This document shows positions 12,998 to 27,650 of a DNA stretch of 64,000 nt, piece by piece. The position numbers were made by a program, and so were the translations under genes. Source of the stretch: Ruditapes philippinarum (taxonomy: Eukaryota); the NCBI RefSeq assembly GCF_026571515.1, contig NW_026864618.1:62001-126000 (forward strand), written 5' to 3'. Each line of letters starts with the position of its first letter. Position 1 is the first letter of the stretch. The notes beneath the pieces were generated by a model. That model saw only the letters and a list, made by a program, of their open reading frames with translations. It was not told the origin of the DNA and ran no database searches.

Positions 12998-13329
12998 GAA
13001 GTAGGCAGTGTCACTTAAAGAACTAAAAAATCATTGTTGCAATCTATTTTTTATTATAAATTAAAAATATATATTTCTTTTACATTAGCCAATATTTTTG
13101 AGATATGCCGACACGTAAATGAATTGATAACATGAATATCAGACGTATTTATATAATAACAAACTATTTCTTTTACAAAAATATATCCTGGTGTGAATCT
13201 AGGACACAAAGAAGAACATTAACACTACTAAAAAAAAATGATTGTAACATCATAAATGCTACAAGATATGTTATCAATATTGGTAACATTTCTCGAAATA
13301 ATCATCAGGATATAACAAAAAATATATGT

Positions 13330-14379
13330 AAGATAAACATTTTCAAAGTTTTATTTTTCTACTTCAGTTTATATTATGTAAACCACATAAGCATTAGTTT
13401 ATCATGAATGCGGCGAGTAAATCGTAAACGCTTGCAAAACCCCCCAAAGTAATCAAAGTTATATGTATATTCAGAGAAGTCTATAAATATTTTTTTTTTA
13501 ATTTCTGAGTAAAAGAAAATTATAACACTTGAGTTGAATTGTATGTAGGTTTTTTAATTACTTCTCGTGGGATTTTAAGGTAAAGTTGAAATTAAACGGC
13601 AACATTTTTTTTGTATAACAATTTTACTGTTAAAGTACAATCATCCGATAATTACTTTCTGTATGTGACCCGATTTATTTTTTGACGTAAGAAACGTTTC
13701 TTGTAACATTCAGCAAACATTGACAATACAAGAGTAAACGCCAGACTCTTTTAACTAAAATTTACTCTAATTGGAGCTGACACGAAGCTGTAAGTTTTAT
13801 ATTCTTTACAGGTTTCATCGTAGAAATATTTGTTATATTCTCCGTGTGTGCTATTTCTAACATGCACGAGTTTCTTGTGAATGATGATTAAAGTGGACAG
13901 AAATCCGGGTAGATATGAATGATAATTTTGAGGTGATAGTAAACGATAGTTACTTCGTTTGAAATATTTCCAGTTATCATCAAATTAGAATCGTAGCAGT
14001 AAAAATCATTGACAACAGATAAGGAGCGTTTCAGTCTGACAAAAGTACAGATCTCTTTAGTTATTTCTTGCATGTAGATCTGATTGCCACCGTATTTGTT
14101 TCGCCTTCATTGTGATTTGGATTTCCCGAGAAAGCTATTTTTAGCCATGCAATCGTCCCTTACAGATAGGCATTAGACGAAGTATCAAACTATCGGTGTC
14201 CGTGAAAGTAAAACAAATTGTGTATTTTTGTTAGAAAAAAAAATTGTTTGTAGTTACAGTGTATTTGAAACAAACTGGAAATAATACACTCAATTCTGAA
14301 TGGGCAAGATCGTTTTGCCAGTTTACCTGCCTGTTATATTGACAACGCCATGTTTTGTTCTCACAAATCGTGAAAATTA
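13330..14379 (-). repeat. Inverted duplicate of about 11617-12640 (1 kb arms, ~0.7 kb spacer)
   Basis: Reverse-complement matches throughout, e.g. ggtggcaatcagatctacatgca (11877) vs tgcatgtagatctgattgccacc (14069); acaggcaggtaaactggcaaaac (11661) vs gttttgccagtttacctgcctgt (14312). Confidence 0.92.
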
Positions 14380-14845
14380 AAGTTATCAGGGGACTCTTCG
14401 AAACGGGACTTGAAATAGTTTTAGAATATTTGACATTTAATCTGTAACTATTGATGATATTTTTCAATGAGGCTTACGTATGTACTGTAATAGTATTTAA
14501 CTTTTCTTATTATTAACCTCGTCATGAATATTGAAAATACTTGACACTGTGTAAAATTTGAAAAATTAAACTCAATCTTTTCATAAGTAGAATTAATAAT
14601 ATATTCCAAAGTAAAAGACTTAGCCCGAGTCTCCGTAATATGTACGCTTTTAATATTTGCCTCATTCATTATCTTAATATAAACGAATTTGCGACATAAA
14701 TATGAAAGGTAATACTAAGTAAGACGCAGTGGACAAAAAGAACATTCATAATGGAACTGTTATCATTTTATTACCCGCTCGTGCAGCAAATGTCGTCTGA
14801 TTCAACTGCATACAGATATTTATCAATAAGTTCATTATCGTCTGC

Positions 14846-14936
14846 GCGTGACGTCGGGATCACTTCACTCTTTTATTACTACAATATACTTGTTCACTAT
14901 GTGATGAAGCATTACCTCTAGATCGTTACTATATAA
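14846..14936 (+). promoter_or_regulatory. Putative core promoter of copy D: CRE/ATF-like site + TATA box
   Basis: gcgTGACGTCg at 14849 and TATATAA at 14930 (81 nt spacing versus 87 nt in J), about 200 nt before the ATG. Confidence 0.55.
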
Positions 14937-15136
14937 CAAACTCTGCAATACTTGCTTTAATCACTTTATATTACTTTACTGCGTTATTGATAAAACGGTG
15001 TTTAAACTCTGCAGTGATCTTCAGGTTTTACAAAGCGTATAACTGGTTAGTGCATGCTTAACATGAATGTGAGCTTATTTTGTTTGATTTAAGATAGTTA
15101 AATATAAGGATATCTTAAGTTTTAAAATTAATTGAA

Positions 15137-15302
15137 ATGGAATTACAAAAGGGATTATATTTAATTTTGCAATTGTTTGGGATTACATTTATCAACTGTG
15201 AAACAAAGATAGCATCTACTGGATTAATTGAAGATGCACCGAAATATGGGACATATCCACATAAAAGCTCAAATGACCAATACATGGATCCTTGCAAAGC
15301 AT
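15137..15302 (+). CDS. BMP1: BMP1/Tolloid first coding exon, variable copy D (intact; sister of A)
   Basis: MELQKGLYLILQLFGITFINCETKIASTGLIEDAPKYGTYPHKSSNDQYMDPCKA plus T, donor GTAAGA at 15303, phase 1; upstream TGACGTC (14849) and TATATAA (14930). Confidence 0.78.
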
Positions 15303-18300
15303 GTAAGATTTTTTTTTTCCATTTTATTTTCAAATTTAATATTGATTTAGAAAATAGTGCTGTTTTTGTGTGTGAAGCTTCATTTTGATTTCCCTTAAAT
15401 GTTAAAATATATAAAGTGATTACATATAATTAATTATTGGATAATGATATTTAAGAGTTTTCTTTTATTTTTATTTTTAATTTTTAGATATCTCCTGTTG
15501 CACATTTTTGCCAAGCATTACTTATTATTCATATAACATACCATGCTCTACAACAATAATTATATTCTATAGTTTAATAGGGAGAAGGTTACCAATATAC
15601 GAAATTATACGAAATAGACAAAAAAATGTTTAAAACTATATCAAAATTTACAAACTTAAACTAAGATGTGAAGAATTTAAATGTTGCACGTGTAGGTTGG
15701 TTGCATTTATATTGGTAATTATTTAAATCTTCAGGATTTTAATAAAAAGAACACCTGTTCTTTCATAAAAAAGAACAGTTCTAGATTTCATTCATCAAAT
15801 AACATTTAAACCACAAAAATGATTAAAAAAGTGCAGGAAATAAGATATCTTTCCGTTTGGATTTTTGTCTATTTTACAGACAAACTTTTACTGAGTTACA
15901 TTGACACAAAAAGATTGCATTTCTAAACCAAACCTAATAAATTTCCCTGTTGATTTGATTTTAAATTGCTATCCATATTTTCGTATTTTCTTCTGAATAT
16001 TTATTATTTTTTTTAAAATGTCATTTCAAATATAGAATATTTTATATTTATCAATAATTTTAAATGGAATAGATAGAAACGTGGCTAAAGTATAGATACC
16101 GAAACGGCTGTTAATATCGTTGATTAATCTAAAGAGAATTGAAACCACTGGCTTTAAAACATTCAGTCAAAATAAATGTAATTAATTTGGAACGTCGTAA
16201 ATGTGTATAAATGAAATATTAATTAGATATTTAAAAAAACAACATTTTTGCACAATTTGACTCAATATTTCCTCGAATTTCTTGCTTTTAAACACTGAGA
16301 TGAAAACATAAAAAAAAACAAGTTCATGTGGGAATTCGCTTTTTGATCTCTAGCCATTTGCGGCACAGAATGAAGTTTGGTATGAAAGACACGAAATAAA
16401 CCAGATATTCATGATAATTTCTGTCGGTAGTATTAACAGACATGTACATGACAGTTTCAATTAGAGTTAATTTTGATTATGAGTGTCTGGTGATGATGCC
16501 TCGTGTTAGGATATGGTTTGCTTTCTATGCAAGTGATTTCTGCTGACGATTAAATGTATCGCTTTTAACAGACCAATAATTCAAGCATAGTTATTTCATT
16601 GGAATGGGTTGAAATTGTTTGGTAGTTAATGCATTTTTGTATCGCAATGAACAATTAATATAATTGCATGCTAGAAATTTCTTTACACTTTACATTTTGT
16701 AATTTCTGTCAGCATTTGTTACACTTTGTAAATATCGAGTTAAACCAAATTTACAAACTAAATGTCCTATGAGTTAAAGGAAAGCAATAACAAATGCAAT
16801 GTCTCCAACCTTAATTTTGCTAACCATTTTTCTTGTATTTTGATTCCTTCTGTTCAAGAAAATACAGACGGGCTTCAGGTCAAATACCCCTAAAATGTAT
16901 AGCGTCACATGTACAATTATATTTTAAACATTGTTAGAACAAAACGGAAACTAGATCAAAATCATGTATAAAGATATTCTTCAATGTATAATTGAAAAGT
17001 ACAACTCATCGCCCTATTTTCTTGACATGACGGCATTGCAATATTTACCTATACAACTAATTGTTTATTGTGTGTACTTTATCAATTTGATACATCATCA
17101 AAACACCAGCAGAAATATGTAGACACGGAAACATGCAGACAAAATCCTAACAGTACATTATGATATCCAAATCTTTGTAAAAAAACGACATATGCACGTC
17201 TAAAAACATGTAAGACAATGTCATCATGCATAAGTATTTACTGACAGGTTCTTGTCATTTCAAATTTAGATACATTTTGGTTAAAGAACCCTTTGCGAAA
17301 TACATTTGTTATGCCAATCTTACTGCTCTTCTTTATTTCAACACAATACATTTGTATTACTGAAAACTCTTTACGGTCAAATTCCTTGTCAGCGTTTCAT
17401 AGAAAAGCTTAAGTTTATCCTAAGTTTTATGACCATGAAATCAACTTTAGGACTTACTTAAGACCGTTTCAATAAATGTTTTTTTTACCTTCAGTCAAAG
17501 ACTAGACTATCATTTAATTCATTTTCCTGAGTAAGGTTAAGAAGTGCAATGGCACACCCTTTTATTATCAATCTGTCAGTGCTCATCTGTATTTCTGTTC
17601 AGAAATTAAAAGGGCCATGAAATAGGAGACATAAGTTAAGACGGTTTCTGATCTCAGTTTTGATTTTAAGACTGATTTTGTACAGAGGACTTCCAATGGA
17701 TCCGTCACTAAAAATTAAAAGTCAACATGAGAAAGAAGTTAACTTGTCCAATTTATGAAACGTTAAACACATCATGTTGACCCCGACGTTGTCTTTGCTC
17801 CAATTTAACAAATACAAATTTATATCCTGAAATTCTAAATTCTTTTTTAACAGACATGTTGCAATTGTATAATTGATTTAATTGGAGCTGAAACGAAGTT
17901 TTATTAATAAATATTATAAGATATTTCCCGCGAAACGTAACATTTGGACTCGAAACAGACATTTTTATCCATACAGTTGTTTTACAATTATAACATGGTG
18001 TTCTGCTTCCTGTATATGTGAACGTTTTATTCAACACCATCAGGTCCCTGGAACACATGTAGCAGATTAATTTGTAGATGAAAAATGCATATTCAGCGAA
18101 ACTATAATCACGAAGAGTACTTAAAGTCAATTATCAATTAGATTTATTTAATAAACGATATCATATCTATGCCTAAGTATTCTCTCCAAAATTGAAAAAT
18201 TGTCCTTAGTATTTAATTTACTTCAAACCCAACCTGTCCTATCTCTAAATCATTTTAATTGCGTAAGCGCATTATATTATTTCATATATTACTTATATGA

Positions 18301-21300
18301 CTTTCGGCTACAATTAAGACTTAATACTTACTATCCTTAACAAATTCTACGACAAACAAAATTCAAATCGTTTAGCATAATCAAAAATCAGCATAATTAC
18401 ATTTAGATATACATGTATTTATAACAAAAGCATATTAATGTATATTGTGACCAAAATGTTATGTTAGTATAATATCATTTCGGTGTTAAATTCTACTTAA
18501 AATCACACATATTGTTGTACTTTACATGTTACAGTTTACAGAATTTGACTTGACTAGAATGAAAACAAAACGATTTCCAATGGCAAAACATTATGAAACG
18601 ACGTTTAATGTCTTAAGTTTAAACAATATTTTATTGATAAACCACACATTTACATAATAAATTACATAAAATAAAATTTACGGATTGAGTAGGAAGCTTG
18701 AAAAGCTTTTTTGAAAACTCTCTCCGTAATCAGTATTTAACAAATTTCAAAAAAATGGTAACAAAATATAAATATCTAAACTAAACTATACATATCATAT
18801 CGACTTGTTCTTGCTTTCTTACTATACATACTTTGTTTATGTCAAGTATTCATGAACTAATTTTAAGATACATTGCTGTTAGATTAGAGGTATAAGCACG
18901 AGTATGAATTCATTTTTAAAGGGATATATTGTTTAATGTCTTTGAGTGCAAAACAGTATGTAATGCAAATATCGTATGCTTAAACCTTTATGTTTCACAA
19001 TGGTATGAAATGGTATGATATTTCCACTGATATCCAACAAATTATGCTGCCATTGTACATTTAATGATCTATTTGACACTGTATACCTTTGTTATACTCG
19101 TATGGCTAATGATAATCATTATAAACAAATGTTTGTAACTAAATTTAAAGAATCCGATAACAATTATGTAAGATGTCGAAAATCTACATTTAACAGTTCA
19201 AAAGAATTAATTTTGTTTAATTGCAAGATTGAATAGCTCTTCCCTATTGAACAAAATAGTATCAGTTTACAAATGATCAAGAAAGAATCTATCATTTATC
19301 TATAAACAAAGAGCGGCATTTCAAGATGAAAAAACTTTATCAAAATACTATTTTCTTTTAAGATCAGTGCAATATCTTATTATGATCTAATAAGTTTTTT
19401 TGATGCTATTGCATGTTTTGCATGATTAAAAATTTTCTGATATTTCAGTTTAAAGAGCGCTTGGATAATAAATCTGTTTTATGAAACTTTTTTTTTATAA
19501 AATTGATTACATTTTGAGATTGTATTATGGGCATATGGTGATAAAGAAGACATACCTCTATATGATTTTCTTCCATTGACATTTATAACAAGTATTAGCA
19601 AGCATAAAGAAAAGTTGAAATTTTGCGTGTTTGATTCGGATTTTTCTATTTCGAGTAAAATATCAAAATATTACAAGGTGGTCGATGAACTGCAAGTTCT
19701 ACAATTTCCTGAGGAAGAGTAAGAACCTCACTTGTCAAGTCAAAAATAAGCATATGAATATGTTTGTTCAAATTGCATTTTAGAAGAATATTCATGTCAG
19801 TGGCAAGACATGTTTTCTATCAATCTTACAGTTTCTATACATTAAAACTATTACAGTACGACTGAAATTGCACGATTGTATGTAACTTAATGGTATGCAA
19901 CTAATTAATAACGCGACTCGAAATGTTTACTACCCTACATGAAAATCTATGTTAGACACAAGTATGATATTAAAACTTGAAAAAAGGACCCTATAAAAAC
20001 TCCTTACCTTAGTTTTCAGTATGCTGTTTATTACTAGAAGTAATGTTTTTACCCATTATATGTAAAACCTTTCTCCTTATAACTCTCTAACAAAGGGTAG
20101 TTATAACAATTTACCTTATTTTTTATAAATAGTGCCCGTTTTTTTTTAATCATAACTACGTAAAGTACATTTGAGTGATGAATGATTTAGTTGTAGGATG
20201 ATACATATGAAATTTATTTTTCTCAATTCATCAAATTCTTTTGGACCAAATGACCTTGGGTGTACTTTTGTAGGAGTAATTTTAATCTGGTTTACATGGA
20301 ACATTTGTAAATCAGATATGAGTTTTTATGTTATACTTGCGTTTATATATCTACCTAATATACGTAAGTTATCAATTACTGTTTTGTAACAATTTCAATT
20401 AGATCAGTAATCAGCACTTATTTTAAAGCTGCACAGTTCTTTACGTTTTAGTGTTTAAGTGTTGTTAAATTTTTCTGGTCCTTGGGAATCTTTGATTCCA
20501 GCACATAAATTGTTGAAGATTGAATACAGCTTAGGCCGGTGATAGGGTGCGTGAGAGATCTTGCACATATACATATCTCTCATGAACAGACCGAGTCTGC
20601 AATTTTCATGTTACTATGTTTTAACGCTTCTGAGGAATTACCATTTTTCAGATTTCTAGTAAGTGCAAATTCTTCAAGAGAATGTTATTGTTTGCCTTCA
20701 TATGATCTTTTTAAAATACCCTTTCTTTGGTTAAGCCATGATGTACCAAAATATGTATATGACAAAGTTGAACGCTTTCTAGTTGTGACTAGTTTGTCAT
20801 TTTTTTTTTACATTTTATGTTGTTGTTTTTTGTTGTGATAGGGGATCTCCAAATTAGGCTATAATTATTCTCGCCTGATTTTCTTACAAATGCTCATAAT
20901 TTTTAACTTCTGAGCATATTTTTTTTAATATACTTACGATATATATGTACGATTGTCATATTTTTGTTTGTTTTGTTTCAAGGCTTTTTTAAAACTCAGT
21001 TGAGCTAACTATAATGGGATATCAAAACAACTATTATGAAATACTTTCCTCTTAACAGTTAATTTGATATGGGTCACCTGTCGCCCGCTTATGCTCTTAA
21101 AATGCATTTTATATATTGTCATTTTAAACTTGCGGTTGGAGAAACGAAAGAAAGAAATTCTATAGTTTTAATCAATCGTTTAATAAATGGACAGGTTAAA
21201 ACATTTTAATCTATCATACGTTTAAAATGATATAAACAATAATATCTTTAAAAGTGCACGTGCATTTCGAATTACTTTATTACTGATATCAATTTCTATT

Positions 21301-23655
21301 CCATCTCTTTACATTCCAAACACCACCTGTTCATGAAGCAAATGTTGATTTTTTTGTATCATTTATCATTTAATAACACTCAAAATAGGGGATCAAATAA
21401 TTGATATAATTGATACTTGAAAGAGTTGTATGTACGGTCGATCTTTACTCGTTTAATAGTCAAAATTGAATTGATAATGTTCTAAAGAAATCTTAACATC
21501 ACACATAATTAATAGTCGTCATATTTTTCTATTTGATTTTAAAAGTCTTTTTTTTTCATTCATTTAAGTTGTGCCGTAACTGTTGGTCATTATACCATAT
21601 GATTATAATGTGTATCAAAAATATATGCTGTAGGTGGAGTTTAATACGAAATTAGTTTGTTTTAACAATAAATATGGAGTACACATTTCGCCAAATATTT
21701 GCCAAGTATCTGAGAGATATAAATTGTTTAAAATGCCTTTGCCACTAATGTCACTCAAAGCATACAATACTCTCCCATAGCAAGACTCTTGTCACAAATG
21801 CCAACCCAAACATATGAAACACTTCCATGACCAGATTGCAAACAACAGAGTTCCTTTTTTACCTCATGTATTCTAGTTTTTCACTGATTCTGATTGTTGA
21901 AGTGGAAGCTCAAAAAACAAAAATATAGAAAATAACTAGTCAGTAGAATAAACAGTGCCTTGTGGCTGTAATTTGGTATAAACGGTATACATGTCCTGTG
22001 TGTATGTCTTTTTAGGAGTTTTTATAATTCTTATAACAATTATGCACTTTTAAAATTCTGAGACAAAAGAATAAAAAAAAGAAAAAGAAAGAAAACAAGG
22101 AATCAAGAAATAAGGATAATGATAGGATTAAGAATAAAAAAAGCAATAATAAGTAAATGAGGTAGAAAACTAACTGAAAATGAACTATGAGGTTTAAAAG
22201 ACATAGAATCATATATATCTGCATTAAACGGACTACTCAAAAGCTCATTTATGGCAATTGATTAAAAAAGATAAGTGTAACAATTGTGCCAAATAAGACA
22301 TGTTACGGGGTCTGCATCAAATAATGTAACAAACAAAACGTAGAAATAAAATAGCAATAGTTGTAAAGAGCGTGTTTTATTGAAAACAAACTAGCAGAAA
22401 GCACTGATCTACCTTGCACGTGATCAATCAAAGAGTAATAACGAACATATTCAGCTGTAGATTTTATATTAAAACTATTACACAATGTTTACGTGCACTG
22501 ATGAACGAGGTATGTTGATTAATTATATAATCTCTTTACAATACTCGTAAAATATATTTTTGCAATCTTATTGACAGCAACAAAATCAATAATAATATTA
22601 TCATTGTTAATGGAAGGTAAATCAATAGTCACATATATATACAAACACGTTTTCGTACTAAGACTTTCTATTTAACAGTTGTTTAACAACAAATAATAAA
22701 TTTCTTACCGTTCTCCGGAGGGTCTTAACCTTTACGATGACCTTGTTATTTTATTTATTTATTTATTTTTTGCTCTAAAAGACTCGACTATCTATCTCGA
22801 GGGTATTTGTTTACAGTTGTATCGAGGTTTTGCGCGACTTTCCGCTAAACAGTTACCCGAGAGCTAGAGATCCCCGTGATTCTTTTTCTTGCATAATACA
22901 CATTAATCATATTTCGGAAAGAAATAACAAAAACTAATATTTTCATTTAGCACCTTTTTATTATATAACCGTTTACGTATGAATTTACAACCACTCATTA
23001 TCGAAGAATGACGTAAAATTATTCATAAAATGCGCGTGGGAATGACGATTTTTAAAGCATGCAACTTGCCTTACACTAGGTGTGTAAGACAGGTTTTTTT
23101 CTAGCACCGGTGTAAACAGTTGATAATCCTGTCTTGTGTACAAGAACAATTCAAATATATTTAGCATCACTGTGATTGATGATGTTTACAGTATAAAGCA
23201 TATCAATAATATATAATATGCACGCCTCTATTTCATCCTACTGAAAATTATTAAATGAGAAACATCTGTTTTACATATATCTTTATTACTTCTTATAAAA
23301 GCACCTGACACAATGTGAATTTTTAAATCTGAGGCGTCACTGCTATTATTATGCCCAAGACATTATCTGCATAATGCTTTCACAAAAGATTGGACAAACA
23401 ACACGCCTTAAATGTGAACTTGACACGCCTTTATTTCCCACTTTGCTATTAAATGAGAAACATCTTTTACAGACTCTTTCATCAAATAAGACGCAATATG
23501 AATTATATAATCAGAGACGTCATAAGAATTTCCCGACAAATGATTTAACAAAGGTTTGGAATAACGACACTCATAACAAATCAAAATTCATACTATCATT
23601 TATTATTCATTTATATAAAGTTCGTTTTAATGATGACTGATTCGGTTATTAATTG

Positions 23656-23706
23656 TCCACATTAAACCTCCTCAAATGACCAATATCCTTGCAAAGCACG
23701 TAAGAT
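23656..23706 (+). pseudogene. First-exon relic E (3' fragment only)
   Basis: tccacattaaacctcctcaaatgaccaatatccttgcaaagcacgtaagat aligns to the end of copies A/D (tccacataaaagctcaaatgaccaatatatggatccttgcaaagcatgtaagat) with small indels; ATG and signal-peptide part are deleted, GTAAG donor retained. Confidence 0.75.
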
Positions 23707-25029
23707 TTTTTTTTGTTGTTGTTGTTTCTATTTTATATGGACTATTTGCTGGATAATTATTTATATTTAACAACATTCATCTTGGAGATAGTTTGTCTCT
23801 ATTTAAGTCAAACAGATATAAATCAGATGTCAAAAACAAAACAATTCTGTCTGAATTATTAGAAAAGAGAATCATTTGTCGCTTATATGTGATCTTAAAA
23901 TACAATACAAATATTACTCTTCTTGACCAACTGACAATGAAAGGCGTAAGTTCAATAATTCATATAAACTTAAAAAATCTAAAACATATAAAACAGTGAT
24001 TATATCTTTTCAATTTTGCACATGCTTACGAGCATATAAAAAACTGATATTAAATGAGATTTCATCTTAATGCATCCAAAACATCTGTTCATAAAGCAAA
24101 TGATGATTTGGGATTTTATTTGTCAAATAACACTTAAGATGTTATTAAAGAATTTAAGCAACTAGTACTTGAAACTGAGTATAATGTATATGAAATGTGG
24201 AGCGCGTACGGGTGCATTCTAAAATAATCTTTAATATCATAACTTTAAAAACCACTACCAGTTAAGGATCCAAAGCCCTGTGAAAAATTAAAACAGATTC
24301 CAATTATTCAGATAATATACGAGTACATGTATCAAATGAAAACCAGAAGAAATGAGATTCATTTATTGCAGTGAGGAATATTTGAGAGTTAAATGACATG
24401 CCTTTCAACTGCAACTTTCGAATTGTATTTATACTTTTAAAACACTTAGAATCATATTAACATTTGCACTAAGCAGGTCAATGATACTCAACGAGTCATC
24501 TATGGCATTTGATTAGACAGAAAGATAAGTGTACAAATTGAGCCAAAACGGCATGTTACATGGTCTGCATCAAAAAAGTAACAAACAAAGGCATAAGAAT
24601 AAAATACCTATATCTAAAAAGAGCGTATTTGTTTGAAAACTTGCTGAATAGCACTTGCCCACCTTGTAGGTGATGAAAGAGTAATTAAGAACATATTCAA
24701 CGAGCCATTTACCTGAGCTCCATCTTGAAAACGCTTTTAAACAATTATGCAATCTTTGCGTGCACTCGTAAAAAAATGATTTAGAAAATACATTATTGTT
24801 ATACATAACGATGACTGTAATTATTATGAAACACCCTTTACAATTTTTTGCTTAGTCATAATGGTGATTATATAGTAATTATTTCAACAGATGGAAAATA
24901 CAAACTATGTTTTGTCTCTGAAATCCTGTTAATTGCATAGTTCCACTACAAAAAGAATCGAAAATACAGAGTTTAGATGAAATATCAAGAAATATTTAAA
25001 ACGTACATTAATTCTCAGAAATGAATAAA

Positions 25030-25335
25030 GTTTTAGGCAAATTTTATAACGTTTTAATAGTAGTTTTAGCGCATGTTAGATACTTTTCACCTGAAGATCG
25101 TAACGATAAATGTGAAATAGTTTTTTTATAAGCTACTGTAGCAAACTGTAAACAAAGTAGTATTTTGACTTCATACAAAATACTTATTCGATTGCCAAAC
25201 AGCAACAGATGAAAAAGATTGTTCAGGTACTTGGCAAATGAGTAACATTTTGGAAATTATAACAGAACACCAAACATAAACAACTTTTGAGAAATAAAAA
25301 TAAAAGCATTTCTGAAGTAAAATTGGCCTTTAGGC
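25030..25335 (+). mobile_element. Dispersed MITE-like repeat family copy
   Basis: Shares aatgagtaac..tttgagaaataaaa..agcatttct with 57500-57600 and is reverse-complementary to 44617-44780. Confidence 0.65.
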
Positions 25336-27650
25336 AAAAACCATCGTCTTACAGTGGCGCTCCAGTAGGGTCTATCTGGGATGTTATATTTTGTGATATA
25401 TATGCATTCCCTTTTTTAGCACTTGGAATTTCTAATGATTATTTTAGCGCTTACTGTGAGCAACTTTTCATGATTTACAACCGCTCGTACAGCAATTTAC
25501 AATTTAGGATAACAGACAAGAAATAAACGAGATTATCATGATGATGGTCATCAGCAGCCATGTATCTGGCATTATACTAATTAAGTTATGAGTATTTGGT
25601 ATGGATATCTGTGGGTATCACTTTTTTCTTCTTTACTTGTCTTTTCTTGTACACGTATACAAACAATCTAAGGATGTCCATATATACATCGTCTACAAGA
25701 TAATAAATTATGATAAACTTTTAAGTCCATCCACATTTAACTTTACATAAATCTAGAATAAAGTCGAAAAGGAAGTGGGATGTAAATTTAGGTGGATGAA
25801 TACTTCGTTAACCGAAGTTTACATGAACAATTATGTTCTTAGGAAATAGAACAATTAGTACAATCATATTTATTAAGTTCATTTATATCAAAGGTTTTAA
25901 TTTTAAGTTATACCATTTTTCTAAAAGTACCTACAAGATGACAGCAAGGAATAATCGAATGTCTTAGTTATACATGATATAAATAGTAATAGTAATAGTA
26001 GATTAATGAATGAAAATATAATAGTAAACAGTAGTTACAGTCCCGGCAATCATGTTTAGATTCTTAAGATGCGCTTAACATGAAAATGCCACTGAAATTA
26101 ATTCATTAATGGAATGTTCCATCAGTTATATTAAGTCAAAGCAAAACAATAATTTCAAGTTTAATATTTACACTTAATTGTACGTATGTGATAAATGTAT
26201 AACATTATAAAAAGCTTTTCGTTGTTTTCTTTGTGAATAAAAAAGAAAAGAAGGTAATATACTCCATAATAGAAAATGCAAATGAAAAATGCAGGAAACA
26301 AACGCCATTTAAATGTTACAAATTAATTCGATATTTCTTTTATATTTATGAGCTTTTCGATTGGATAAATTTAATGAGTTGTATTACTTTTTGATTCAAA
26401 ATGTGCATGTTTCAAAATCAAAGCTGAGAAAAATTATTATACAAATTTAGAAGCAAAAGGGTTGATGTGTAACTATTTGTGCTAAACGAATAACGTGCTA
26501 CGCATATTCAGTGTATTAAGTGTTAATATTTTAAAGTTCTTCATACCAATGTAAGATAAATTTTTATCAAAAGTATTCGTATGAAAGGATTCAAGTTCAA
26601 CTTATAGAACTTAAAATTAAAAGAATTCAAATCCGATTATGCAGCCGATATCAAAACCAAAGCATATTCAGAAAGAATAACTTTGATTGTTTCAACACAA
26701 AAAGAGCAACTACGATTATAATACACCACTGCCAAACGAATGTATATAAAAGTGTATATATTAAGTTATTCAATTCACTGTGACTTAGATGTATGTTGTT
26801 ATAGCATAAACCGTATCAATTGTATAAAACAGACACGCCCTCCCTTTTCCCACACTTTTATTGCATGTGTAACTATTGCTTTAGTGACGCAATTTAAATT
26901 TTTAAACCATAAACGTCATTTTTATGATGCGTAAGACATTTTCCGTTTTTATACTTTAGCAAGGGATTGAAATGATAATTCATACAATTATTTATTGTAT
27001 TATTCATTCATAGGTAAAGTACATTTGGTGATGAATGATTTATTATCTGATGTTACATATATTCTCAATACTTACCTATTTATCTTGCTTGTGCATCAAA
27101 TAAACCAGGTAACCTTGGATGGATATTCTTGTGTAGAGGTATCTGCTTTATGATGTACATAATGCATTTATAAATCAGAATAAATCAGATATTCAGTTCA
27201 TGTTGTACTTGTTCTTGGTGTTCTTTTATAAATGTTTAAATTTTGTCTCATGCCCACAATACCCAATGTTGACTGATCCAATCATCGGATGTGATTTACC
27301 AATAAGATAATTGTTGCTTGCTTTTGACGTCTTGGCAACTCCGCAGTATAACTACTTTAATAGACTCGTACACCTTGTCTTTTGATCATTGTTATATAAC
27401 AATTATTGCTTTAATCATTTGATTTTACTTCACTGCTTGCTCTATGATGCTTGTGTTTAGATGAATTGTAAATTAATAAGCACTTGTAATAAAAACTTGT
27501 AGTGTCTATTGTTTTAGAATGTGGATAAATGGTTAATATAAATTCCACAAGAAAATAAGAAATTTGTTTCTTAGGAGATATTGAGAGTTATTTGTTTATA
27601 TTGAGGTAAACATTCTTTGTGTTTATTGATCAATTAACAATTAACTAGAA

